NCBI GenBank assembly: GCA_051874735.1
Contig: JBJEGD010000026.1
Location: 162,247 to 226,246, forward strand
Origin: Candidatus Bruticola sp.
GTDB lineage: Bacteria > Vulcanimicrobiota > Xenobia > Xenobiales > Xenobiaceae
Reading direction: 5' to 3'
Length of the DNA: 64,000 nt
The first letter of the stretch is position 1; the number at the start of each line of letters is the position of its first letter. The notes beneath the pieces are model-generated. The model searched no databases. It saw only the letters and a list, made by a program, of their open reading frames with translations, and had not been told where the DNA came from. The position numbers and the translations under genes are program-made. Below are positions 25,673-34,996 of the stretch, piece after piece.

Positions 25673-26299
25673 TCAGACTCTGACAAAGGGGTTATGGGTT
25701 TTTTCGTATCCTACACTGCTTTGGGAGCCATGCCCGGGGTAAAGTATAGTGCTATCAGGCAGAGCGTAAATCTTATTCTTGATAGAACTTATTAATTGGC
25801 TGTAATTGCCTCCGAAGAAGTCGGTGCGTCCGATAGAGGTGTGAAAAATAGTATCGCCGCAGAAAGCATGATTTTCGCAGACGATTGTTATGCCGCCTGG
25901 AGTATGGCCAGGAGTGTGGATGATTCTAAATTCCAACTTGCCGACCCTAAATATTTGCCCATCTTCAAGCGTTCCAGAAATTTTGGGAATTTCCTGACAT
26001 TTCAGCCCCAGCATTACCGCGTCGCTTTGGCATCTATTTAAAGAGCCAGTATCTTGGCTGTGAATATACAACGGCAGCTGCAGATCTTTCTCTAGTTGAG
26101 AAGCACCAATGAGGTGATCGCAATGGCCGTGAGTTAGCAATATGGCTTTAATATTTAGATGATGATTCGTGATAATCTGCTCTAGTTCGGCAGCATTATC
26201 TCCTGGATCGATAATAACTCCAGTATTATCGCTGTCATAGACTAGATAACAGTTGGTAGCGAAGCCTCCTACCTCTCTGGTAATAATGTTTACTGACAT
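25673..26299 (-). CDS. MBL-fold metallo-hydrolase (glyoxalase II/YcbL-like)
   Basis: LLTHGHCDH metal-binding motif, HTPGHTPG, ~208 aa. GGAG RBS. Confidence 0.85.
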   Translation of the reverse strand: MSVNIITREVGGFATNCYLVYDSDNTGVIIDPGDNAAELEQIITNHHLNIKAILLTHGHCDHLIGASQLEKDLQLPLYIHSQDTGSLNRCQSDAVMLGLKCQEIPKISGTLEDGQIFRVGKLEFRIIHTPGHTPGGITIVCENHAFCGDTIFHTSIGRTDFFGGNYSQLISSIKNKIYALPDSTILYPGHGSQSSVGYEKTHNPFVRV

Positions 26300-26318
26300 A
26301 TCTGGGGGCTCCTTAGAC

Positions 26319-27701
26319 TCAATTAAAGTTTAACTTGGGGAAAGGTACAGCCTCTTCAAAACGCTGAGCTACAGCCAGCAAGAGACGGTCGCTGCCTCGA
26401 GGTCCGATAATTTGCAGACCGATAGGCAAGCCTTCTGAACTTAAACCTGCAGGAATAGTTATAGCTGGCTGTCCTGTTAAGTTAAAAGGATAGGTGAATG
26501 GAGTCCAGCCGAATAAAGTAGAAATCTTTCTGCCGTTAATATTATCAGGGCGTTCTAAGTCGGCGGAGAAAGCGGTTAGGGGCATAGTGGGAGTAATAAG
26601 TAGATCAAAGCGCTCAAAGAATTGATCCATTGTATAGTAAAGTTTAGTGCGTTTGATAGAGTCTTGGCTGTAAATATAAGCTGGTAATTTAGTGCCTTCT
26701 TCTATAATATCAACCATCTCCGGGGTAAGCAGCTCTTTCATTTCTGCAGTTAAGGGAGCATAGCGGGAAGCGTATACTGTGTTCCAAATGTTGAGCTCCA
26801 AGGGCTCCGGATCTTCCTCTATGGGCGGATTTTCTTCCCTGACTATATAACCTAAGTCTGCAAGTTTATCTACAGCCAGTTTGACTTTTTCAGCTACCTC
26901 ATTTTCCACTGGTGCATAATTTAAATTAGGGCTGTAAGCTATATGGAGCTTGTCGTAAGCCGATTTGGGCCAATCGATCGGGTTCATGCTTAGATTGTCA
27001 TGAGAGCTGGATCCGGCTAAAACTTCAAATAGAAGAGCTGCCTCATCAACATGGCGGGCTATAGGGCCAGTGTGACTTAAAGTATAATAAAGGTCTGGAA
27101 TAGGATAGCGTGGAACCATAGCAAAGCTAGGCTTAAAGCCGACTACTCCGCAAAATGAGGCCGGAATTCGGATAGAACCTGCTCCGTCAGTTCCCTCAGC
27201 TAAAGGTACCAAACCTGCAGCTACGGCACTAGCTGAACCGCCGCTGGAGCCCCCGGCGTGGCGTTCAGTATTCCACGGATTAAAGGTTGTGCCGAAAAGT
27301 CTGTTGTTAGTTATGCCTTTATAACCGAATTCTGGGGTGTTGGTTTTTCCTAAAATAACAGCTCCAGCTTGGCGTATGCGAGTTACCGATATAGAGTCAA
27401 AATCGGGGATATTATCTTTTAAAGTTAGTGAACCGCAAGTAGTGCGCATCCCCTTGGTATAAGATAAATCTTTGATCGCTATAGGTACGCCGCGCAACGG
27501 GCCGCTGATTGCTGAATTTTCAGCTTGGCGGGCTTGCTCTAAAGCTCCCTCTGGATCGAGGGTAATAAAAGCGTTGATTTTGGGATTAAGTTTATCTATG
27601 CGCTCAAGGTAAGCCTGAGTGACTTCAACGGGTGATAATTTCTTCTCTCTAATTAGTTTTGCCAGTTCAGTGGCTCTTAAATCGCAAATATCCATAGGCA
27701 C
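26319..27701 (-). CDS. amidase (amidase-signature family)
   Basis: GGSSGGSASAVAAG signature plus the upstream KD...TT..S context. 460 aa. Start is GTG 27701 or ATG 27695. Confidence 0.9.
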   Translation of the reverse strand: MPMDICDLRATELAKLIREKKLSPVEVTQAYLERIDKLNPKINAFITLDPEGALEQARQAENSAISGPLRGVPIAIKDLSYTKGMRTTCGSLTLKDNIPDFDSISVTRIRQAGAVILGKTNTPEFGYKGITNNRLFGTTFNPWNTERHAGGSSGGSASAVAAGLVPLAEGTDGAGSIRIPASFCGVVGFKPSFAMVPRYPIPDLYYTLSHTGPIARHVDEAALLFEVLAGSSSHDNLSMNPIDWPKSAYDKLHIAYSPNLNYAPVENEVAEKVKLAVDKLADLGYIVREENPPIEEDPEPLELNIWNTVYASRYAPLTAEMKELLTPEMVDIIEEGTKLPAYIYSQDSIKRTKLYYTMDQFFERFDLLITPTMPLTAFSADLERPDNINGRKISTLFGWTPFTYPFNLTGQPAITIPAGLSSEGLPIGLQIIGPRGSDRLLLAVAQRFEEAVPFPKLNFN

Positions 27702-27770
27702 ATATTTGCCTTATCTGATCGCCTCTTCCTGCCTGCACTTTAATCATAAAATTTAACTGTTCGCTTGAAT

Positions 27771-28403
27771 TTATGCTTCTAGCTTATGTAGACAGGAGCA
27801 AATTGGACAATGCTGTGGATTGTGTTTGATTGCTTTGCAGTAGCGACGGCCGCACTCTATAAATTGAAGGTGACGGCGTCCCCATTCATCAGGGGGGAAA
27901 AGCTGCTTAAGATCGTACTCCACCTGGCTGGGAGTAGTACCTTGAGATAATCCCCAGCGTTTGGATAAGCGCAAAATGTGTGTATCTACAGGAAAGGCTG
28001 CCTGGTTGAAGGCTTGCACCATAACTACGGAAGCTGTTTTGTGACCTACTCCTGATAGACTTTCCAGATCGGCGAAGTTAGCAGGTACCTCTCCGTTAAA
28101 TTTATCTAAAAGCTGGCGGCACATACTTTTTAGGTACTTACTTTTGTTTTTGGCCAAACCTAATCCGCAGATGTGTTCAAAAATTTGTTCTTGGCTCAGC
28201 TTATCCATCTTTTCTGGTGTGTCAGCACAGGTAAAAAGGTTAGCTGTAGCCTTATTCACACGTTCATCAGTGCATTGGGCTGAAAGCATAACGGCAGTTA
28301 AAAGTGTAAAAGGACTGTAAAAATTGAGGCTAGGTTTAGGATTGGGAAAAAGCTGATCTAGCTGTCTCCCTATGACAGCTGTACGCTGAATTATAGAAAG
28401 CAT
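27771..28403 (-). CDS. nth: endonuclease III
   Basis: HhH-GPD motif LSGVGHKTASVVM...FPVDTH and a C-terminal 4Fe-4S Cys cluster (CGRRYCKAIKHNPQHCPICSC). Confidence 0.92.
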   Translation of the reverse strand: MLSIIQRTAVIGRQLDQLFPNPKPSLNFYSPFTLLTAVMLSAQCTDERVNKATANLFTCADTPEKMDKLSQEQIFEHICGLGLAKNKSKYLKSMCRQLLDKFNGEVPANFADLESLSGVGHKTASVVMVQAFNQAAFPVDTHILRLSKRWGLSQGTTPSQVEYDLKQLFPPDEWGRRHLQFIECGRRYCKAIKHNPQHCPICSCLHKLEA

Positions 28404-28420
28404 ATCAATAACGATTTTCT

Positions 28421-29461
28421 TTATTTTATATCAATAATTTTTATATCTTGATTAGATGTAGCAGTTGAGGAATCTTGTTCCGGTTGATCGTCGGAAATAA
28501 ACTCTGCATCAATAATTTTTCCCTGAGGAAAAGCAGAAGGCCGACGTGTTTGAGGGGTTACATTAATTATGTATTCCGGAGAGCTGCCGCCCTGATTTTG
28601 ATAAGAAGGTGGCGCGTAATTTTGCGTATTTAAGTTGGTATAATTACCTATATTAATCGTTCCCATATTAAAAATATGGCTCATAATATTACCCATATTG
28701 CCTAAGCCTAAACTCAATAAATCTCCTAATCCGGCTGTACCTTCACGAACGCGGCGCATCCGCTCTATCATAATGGCCTGATCTAATTCTTTACTACCGC
28801 TCCACCAAATAAATAAAGCTATTACAGCCAGCATATGATTGTAAGCTAAGCCGTAAATGCCCATAACTACAGCGCAGAGGCGTCCAATACTGACAGCTTT
28901 ATAAGTCGAAGTTAAAAAATCGTATTTGCGTGCGAACAAACCGCGCAGCACTCGCCCGCCGTCCATGGGAAAAGCGGGAATTAAATTAAAGAGCATAAGA
29001 GCTAAGTTGCTCCACATGAACCAGTAAAGAAACTTCAAGATCAGAACTTGAGCAATAGGTATCAAGAGAGGGAACAAGTACGGAATAAAAATGTAGTTTG
29101 TAAAACAAAAAGTTACAGCCGTCAGGAATAAATTTACAGCAGGACCAGCTAAGGCCAGCAGAATCTCCTGACGAGGAGTTTGAGTTTGGCCCTGTATAGT
29201 GGCTACCCCTCCAAAAGGCCAAAGCGTAATATCCCGAGTGGGAATACCGAAGCGTCTGGCAGTTAAAGCATGGCCGTATTCATGCAGAGTAACAGCCATG
29301 AAGGTAATCAAAGTAAGACCTAAGCTTAATAAACTGTAAGTCCAATTATTTTGAGCACCGTGTGTCAAAAATATCCAAAGAAGCAATATTATGAAGGTGT
29401 AATGTACATAAATGTCTATGCCCCATAATTTTGCCAGTTTAAACGACCAACGCATAAGCAA
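28421..29461 (-). CDS. site-2 protease family (M50) membrane metalloprotease with Asn/Gly/Gln-rich tail
   Basis: HEYGHAL (HExxH) in a TM segment and FNLIPAFPMDGGRV second motif. Polytopic. The C-terminus is low complexity rather than CBS domains. Confidence 0.85.
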   Translation of the reverse strand: MLMRWSFKLAKLWGIDIYVHYTFIILLLWIFLTHGAQNNWTYSLLSLGLTLITFMAVTLHEYGHALTARRFGIPTRDITLWPFGGVATIQGQTQTPRQEILLALAGPAVNLFLTAVTFCFTNYIFIPYLFPLLIPIAQVLILKFLYWFMWSNLALMLFNLIPAFPMDGGRVLRGLFARKYDFLTSTYKAVSIGRLCAVVMGIYGLAYNHMLAVIALFIWWSGSKELDQAIMIERMRRVREGTAGLGDLLSLGLGNMGNIMSHIFNMGTINIGNYTNLNTQNYAPPSYQNQGGSSPEYIINVTPQTRRPSAFPQGKIIDAEFISDDQPEQDSSTATSNQDIKIIDIK

Positions 29462-29678
29462 GTGTTATCCTATCTTCGGCTTGTCCGCACAATTTTTGTC
29501 AGGCTGAGGCTACTGCGGCTGCATTAATTGTAGCACATAAGTATTAGCAGTAAATCTGTGTAGTATTGGAATTAGAAAATAAAAAAGGCCCGCTTGAGGT
29601 GCAATCATAATTAATAGGTTTGATAGCGAATAGCGGGCACTTATTTTCTATATAATGCTGATATAATCTTTATTTAGA

Positions 29679-31586
29679 CTAATATAAGCTGTCTAGTTCC
29701 GCTTGTAGTTCACTGAGCTCCAGAGCTGCAGCTGAAGCTTGCTCTAAGCCATTATATAAATAGGCAATTTCTGCTTCTTGGGTAAAGTTTCGGCAAATTT
29801 CTAAGCCTTCAATATATGAGCTCATACTGACTTCAAAACGCTCGGCCACAGAAGGATCTAATTGTGACCTTTCCAAAGCTGGGCGCACTCGGTTTATGTA
29901 TAAATTGCGGTAAGAGTAAGCACTGCTGAGCAGCTGACCTACTTGATCGTCTACTTCTTGAGTGTAGGCTTCTCCACTTTCCACAGATCGCACCAGCTGT
30001 TCTAGTTTTAAAATGTTGCCTGGCAGAGGAGAATTGAAACTGTCGTCGCTCAATCCTGTTTCCAAATCGGTATATTCCACCGGAGGCGTCTGGACTAGCT
30101 GCATAAGCACAGCTGAACACTTTGAACAGTAGCGAGCTGAAGCCGGATTTAGCTGTCCGCAGCGCATACAAGTCTGCTTTTTCGCCGATTCTTCTCCCAA
30201 ACCTAAATTTTTTCTCATTTGGCTGTATATGCGTTTGAATGAGGGCAAAGCTGAAGCAATGCGCCGCCATCCAGTTTTAAGCAGTTCTTTGTCTCCGCTC
30301 TCGCACCAAGAATCTAGTTCTTGACATCCTTTCATTTGACAATCAAGACAGTGAGAAAGTAAATCGAGATCCTCAGCACTGAGTTTGCCAATAGCTCCGC
30401 TTAAATTATCCTGAGCTTCGGCAATTTTTTCTGCTGTTTCTTGCAAAATTATACGGAAGGCTTCTGGTTCTATTTTGCCGTCGATAGCCAGGCCAACGGT
30501 GACAAGAAGCTCTTCAAAGTTAGGAGCTCCGGCTGTTAAACGACATTCTATATTCAAATGGGCCAAATCGTTTCTGATCAAGCAGTCTAAATTAAAAATA
30601 AGCTTGTCAAATTCTTCTAAATTTAATTCATTAAGCCCCTTTTTTTGACCTTCGTTGACTAGATGCACAATACGGGATATTCCCGCTTTAAGGGTTTCGC
30701 GGTGGACTCCGCATAAAGTACCTAAGGGATGGTTTAGCAGAGTCTGAACTTGGGTTAACTCCAATTTTAGGGCGTGTTGTACCGCTTGCCATAGATAATT
30801 GAGTTCTTCACTGGATAGGTTAGCTTCTCTGGCTCTGTACAATTCTTCAGCTAAAGGATGGTGAGCATACTTCTTTTCAGCAGCTGCCCACTGTCCCATA
30901 TCTGCCATAATTGTATACATAGTGATAGAGGTAGAGGTTAAAAGCCGAATGGCATCGTTCAGTACGTTGGTCTCTTGGCTATGCAGATAACGGTCTACAG
31001 CTCCCATGCCACTTTCTAAATTTTTTATTACCTTTTGAGCACAGTCTGAAAGAGAAGATTGACCGTAAAATAAAGTGAAGCGTTTTATAGCATGATGGAG
31101 GCGGAGGGTAAAATCGGCAGCAGGAGCAAAAAAAACGGCTAAGATAGATGAATTTATATGGCCTTTAAGTATATTGTGAGCAGCTTTAAGCAGACGATCG
31201 TAAACTGGATAAGGGGAGATCACTGATTGATTGCCGGTTTCTTCGTTGAGCGAATCCCATAAGACAGACACTTCTTCGGCACTGTATTTTAAATCGCGTC
31301 CAGCCTTTTCCAGGGCAAATCCATCATTATCACCTATAGCATGTTCCAGATCTTGTAGAGCAGCTTCGTGGGCATCCAGTTCGGAGCGCAGTTTATCAGC
31401 AAGTTTTTTTATATTGTCAGTCCAAATTACGTCCCACATAAAGCGCTCTAAACTAGTGTGTTCAAAGGCCACAACTTGTCTAGCTTTTAAAAAAAGATCA
31501 TTTAAAGCACTGGGATCAGCTTTACCATCAGATATCTTTTCACAAACTTTGATTATTTGCTGTAAGGAGGCGGGAATTTCAGGCAA
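29679..31586 (-). CDS. hypothetical all-helical protein (635 aa) with embedded zinc-ribbon
   Basis: CMRCGQLNPASARYCSKCSAVL zinc-ribbon near residue 475. The rest is predicted helical by eye. TTG start with GGAGA RBS 6 nt upstream. No nameable family. Confidence 0.6.
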   Translation of the reverse strand: MPEIPASLQQIIKVCEKISDGKADPSALNDLFLKARQVVAFEHTSLERFMWDVIWTDNIKKLADKLRSELDAHEAALQDLEHAIGDNDGFALEKAGRDLKYSAEEVSVLWDSLNEETGNQSVISPYPVYDRLLKAAHNILKGHINSSILAVFFAPAADFTLRLHHAIKRFTLFYGQSSLSDCAQKVIKNLESGMGAVDRYLHSQETNVLNDAIRLLTSTSITMYTIMADMGQWAAAEKKYAHHPLAEELYRAREANLSSEELNYLWQAVQHALKLELTQVQTLLNHPLGTLCGVHRETLKAGISRIVHLVNEGQKKGLNELNLEEFDKLIFNLDCLIRNDLAHLNIECRLTAGAPNFEELLVTVGLAIDGKIEPEAFRIILQETAEKIAEAQDNLSGAIGKLSAEDLDLLSHCLDCQMKGCQELDSWCESGDKELLKTGWRRIASALPSFKRIYSQMRKNLGLGEESAKKQTCMRCGQLNPASARYCSKCSAVLMQLVQTPPVEYTDLETGLSDDSFNSPLPGNILKLEQLVRSVESGEAYTQEVDDQVGQLLSSAYSYRNLYINRVRPALERSQLDPSVAERFEVSMSSYIEGLEICRNFTQEAEIAYLYNGLEQASAAALELSELQAELDSLY

Positions 31587-31710
31587 TTTTTATCTCCGTA
31601 TTTCAATCTGCAGCCCAAAAAAGCTCAGGCAAATCTTCAGGCCTAAACATTAACTTCCCGGAAACTTCGTTAATGGCCCTGGTTCTACCTTTGAGGCTGT
31701 TATTTCTTTT

Positions 31711-31760
31711 AACAAACAAAAAAAGAAGACTTCCTGAGGAAGCCCTCTTTTTTTGTTTGT
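31711..31760 (-). terminator. hairpin terminator after the TPR gene
   Basis: Long imperfect inverted repeat acaaacaaaaaaagaagacttcc / ggaagccctctttttttgtttgt immediately downstream of the stop at 31782. Confidence 0.55.
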
Positions 31761-31781
31761 AGTTAGTCCTTGATAATAGTA

Positions 31782-33509
31782 TTATTGCCAATCTGGGGTT
31801 ATATTTACCCAAGAGGATGATTTAATTATATCTGCTGAAACGGCAGCAGTGCCACCTGTAATAGAATTGGGAACTAAAGTAGTACCATTCTCAGCAATAG
31901 AACCCTGAATTTGGAAGAGCATGGTTCCCGCTTCGCCAAGTTCTAAATTGGAGATTGTTTCCAGAGCACCGCTGAGCTGTTGTATAGCCTCCTCTTTATC
32001 AGGCCGTTTGCCTTTTTCCAGTCGGCGCATCTCCGCTTGGAGCTGCTGTCGGGCCCCGTTTTTGTAAGTGTCAAACTTGTCGCTCAAACTTTGACACTGG
32101 CTCGATACCGAGGCTGTGCGTCTCCAGGTCTGGAAAATGCACTCCATCGATTTGGCATATTGTTTGCGGGCCGCTTCCACTTCAGATAACGCACAAAAAG
32201 CACTGCGGTGAACGAAAAGAGAATCTGGGCCGGAGTAAAGCAGAGCATCGCGACAAGCTTTTTCTCTCATAGGAAGCTGATTCTCAGCATAAGCATTGTA
32301 AAGAAGAGCCATAGGACTACTAGAAGAGTTGAGCACCTGCAGATCTTCAGGGGTGACGCAGGCCAGAGCTTTTTTGCTGTCGCCGCGCTCAAAGTGAATT
32401 AAAGCCATGCACACTTTAGCTGAGGCTGCTTGAACTGGAGTAAAAGAAGCGGAAGAGGCAATAGCACTGTAAGCATTGAGAGCATCTGTCGTGCGTCCTG
32501 CTTCTTTAAGCAAACAGGCCATTTGATAGCAAGCTTTAAAATCGTTGGGATCTTGATTTATTTGATCTTTATAAGCGGCCAGGCCTTCGTCGACTTGATT
32601 GTCGCAAAGATAAAGCAGACGCAGAGCTACTGCTATGCGGTGATCGGACGGACGGAGATCTTGAGCTGTCATATACTCTTGTCGGGAGGCGGCAAAATCG
32701 CCCGTCAGTTTGTAAATATCACCTTTGTACAGATGAAGTACCGGATTGCGTCCGAAGAGCGATGACAATTCTGTAAGTTGACTCATAGCTCGGCTAGCCT
32801 CACCTACAGAAGCGTTGGCAAAGGCGTCCCAAAGCTGTAAATATTTATTCTCTTTGCGTATAGCTAAACCGTCGTCGAAGTATTTTTTAGCTAATGTATA
32901 ATTGCCACTAATAAAAGAATTTATACCGTTAACTAGCTGCTGAGTTGCCGAAGTGGGATCGAGTTCTCTAGTTTTTTCCCAGCTTTCCATAGCAATGCGG
33001 GAATCTTCCGGATCGTTACTGAGACACCAGCGCTCGAAGTAGGCAGTACCCTTGGCAAAGTAGCACCCTGCCTGAGCCACGCGGAACTCCATGATATTCC
33101 ATTTGGGCATAATTTCTACGCTGTGATTGGCTAAAGCAATGGCGTTGTCATTTTTGCCTTGGTTCAGGTGGTAAACTGCTTGCTGATTGATTCTAGCGTA
33201 AGCGGTGGCGGCATTATGATTTTTAGGAGCCAACTGCAACACGATTTCTAGACGCTGCAGGGCTTTAATGTAGTGGCCCATGCGGTATAAAATCATGGCT
33301 TTGGCATATTGGGCATTTGCATCTTTAGGATTTTTGGCTAGGTGCTGATCAATAAGCGTATTGGCTTTTGTGTAATTTTTGGTGTTAAAGTACTTTAAAG
33401 CTTCTCCAACTAATTTGTCGTCAGCTTTGGCAGGTGAAAAACTGGTGACAGACAGACCGGCAGCAAGAGTGCAAACAAGTAAAAACTTAGATAAATTCAC
33501 AGAAGCCAA
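31782..33509 (-). CDS. secreted TPR-repeat protein
   Basis: Signal peptide KFLLVCTLAAGLSVTSFSPAKA-DD. Multiple TPR-like repeats (A..Y...G.Y..A......A....P). Start may be GTG 33500, 9 nt after GAGAGGG. Confidence 0.8.
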   Translation of the reverse strand: MASVNLSKFLLVCTLAAGLSVTSFSPAKADDKLVGEALKYFNTKNYTKANTLIDQHLAKNPKDANAQYAKAMILYRMGHYIKALQRLEIVLQLAPKNHNAATAYARINQQAVYHLNQGKNDNAIALANHSVEIMPKWNIMEFRVAQAGCYFAKGTAYFERWCLSNDPEDSRIAMESWEKTRELDPTSATQQLVNGINSFISGNYTLAKKYFDDGLAIRKENKYLQLWDAFANASVGEASRAMSQLTELSSLFGRNPVLHLYKGDIYKLTGDFAASRQEYMTAQDLRPSDHRIAVALRLLYLCDNQVDEGLAAYKDQINQDPNDFKACYQMACLLKEAGRTTDALNAYSAIASSASFTPVQAASAKVCMALIHFERGDSKKALACVTPEDLQVLNSSSSPMALLYNAYAENQLPMREKACRDALLYSGPDSLFVHRSAFCALSEVEAARKQYAKSMECIFQTWRRTASVSSQCQSLSDKFDTYKNGARQQLQAEMRRLEKGKRPDKEEAIQQLSGALETISNLELGEAGTMLFQIQGSIAENGTTLVPNSITGGTAAVSADIIKSSSWVNITPDWQ

Positions 33510-33635
33510 CCCTCTCTATGATTATAAAAAGATCTACTAAACTCGGTTCACGTTCGCTTTTTTTAGCTTTTTTACCTGCGAACAAGGTTAATAATGGCTT
33601 TTAGTAATAACGAATACTGCTGATAAATGTGGCGT

Positions 33636-34967
33636 TTAGGCGTCTTTGGGAGCAGCCGTTGTATTGGCTTCGCTATTCTGTTGTTTTTGTATTTGCTGTA
33701 GCATTTTTGTCTCCAAAGCTGGATTGCAGTAATGAATAACTAAGATCTTGACAGCTGCTATAATAGGAGAAGAGAGAACTATTCCCCAAAATCCAAAAAC
33801 GTTGCCGAACACCATCATACCAATCATAAGGCTTAGAGGATGCAATCCTAGACTGTCTCCCATAATTTTGGGCACTAGCAAGTTGTTCTCAGCTTGCTGA
33901 ATGAGAATATATATGGCTGCTACTATCACGGCTAAAGTTACACCGCCTGTGTTAGGTAGTGCTAGAGCTAAAAAAATAGCTGGAAGTGCACCTAAAATAG
34001 GGCCAATAATGGGAATAGCTTCTGTTATTCCTGCTATTATTCCCAAAGCTATACAATATTTAGGCATAACCAGCGACATGAGTAAAGTAGTCAGACTGCC
34101 TACAGCGAAACAAAGCAGAACTTGGCCTTTTATGAAGCTTTTCATAGCTGTATGCATCTGAATTAAGATATTCTTAGTAGCTTGGCGATTTTTGGGAGGC
34201 AGTAGCTCTATCCAAAAATCTGTCAGCTCCTGACCTTCGCTCATTATGTAAAAAGAGATAAAGGGCACCATAACAGCGGCTGTAGCTACCCAAATTATGG
34301 CTGACGAAAAAGCTCCCGCGTATTGAATACCGCTGTTGATTAAATCACTGGCTACGCTGCCAATTTGATTAATCAGCCCCATAATTTGGTTCTGTAAATT
34401 GACAGGCAAGGCTTCTAAATGGTGATGTCTGAATTCTATAAGAATAGCAATCGATTTTTTAGTTATAGTTGGAAAACTTTCAGCTAGGTTTTTTATCTCG
34501 CTAAAAAGTGAAGGAGTTATTACGGCTAAGAAACTCATTAAAGCCGTAAGCAGTATAATATAAGTTACAATCAGAGATTTTGTATAAGAAAAGAGCTTGG
34601 CTCCTGGTAATTTCCTTATTTGAGCCATTAAAAATTCTACCAGAGGGTTAACAACATAAATAAAAATCAGCACTAGCAAGAGTAATGGAGTTATACTCAG
34701 AGCTTCTTCAACCGCTTGTTTAGTCCAAGGATGGAAGCAAGCTATGACCAGACTGAGAATTAAAAGCATGTTGCCCAAGGAATTTACGCCTTTTACCAAG
34801 CGCCGAGCTGTCTGTTCACTGATGAGTAGGGCAGACGTCTCCTTGGTTTCGTTTTTTTTAGGAATATTGGCCTCTGTTGTTGAGATATCCGTAACTGTTT
34901 GAGTTTCGGAAGAGCTCTCTGAAGTTTGAACTGGCAGCTGGCTCGGGACAGGATCTTGAATACTCAA
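33636..34967 (-). CDS. AI-2E family transporter (PerM/YhhT-like)
   Basis: Polytopic, with the typical C-terminal EAIPIIGPILGALP and LVPKIMG motifs. Polar N-terminal extension. Confidence 0.88.
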   Translation of the reverse strand: MSIQDPVPSQLPVQTSESSSETQTVTDISTTEANIPKKNETKETSALLISEQTARRLVKGVNSLGNMLLILSLVIACFHPWTKQAVEEALSITPLLLLVLIFIYVVNPLVEFLMAQIRKLPGAKLFSYTKSLIVTYIILLTALMSFLAVITPSLFSEIKNLAESFPTITKKSIAILIEFRHHHLEALPVNLQNQIMGLINQIGSVASDLINSGIQYAGAFSSAIIWVATAAVMVPFISFYIMSEGQELTDFWIELLPPKNRQATKNILIQMHTAMKSFIKGQVLLCFAVGSLTTLLMSLVMPKYCIALGIIAGITEAIPIIGPILGALPAIFLALALPNTGGVTLAVIVAAIYILIQQAENNLLVPKIMGDSLGLHPLSLMIGMMVFGNVFGFWGIVLSSPIIAAVKILVIHYCNPALETKMLQQIQKQQNSEANTTAAPKDA

Positions 34968-34996
34968 AGTGTAGTAAGGCTTCCTTTTCTAAAAAA

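Noticed and set aside
29833-31653. ORFs 29833-30270 (145 aa, same strand, other frame) and 31231-31653 (140 aa, antisense) overlapping the 635-aa gene
   Set aside because: Ser/Arg-rich low-complexity translations, no RBS, and fully overlapped by the longer ORF that has an RBS-supported start.
31603-31812. 69-aa minus-strand ORF between the TPR gene and the 635-aa gene
   Set aside because: It spans the terminator hairpin (31711-31760) and overlaps the TPR gene stop. No RBS.
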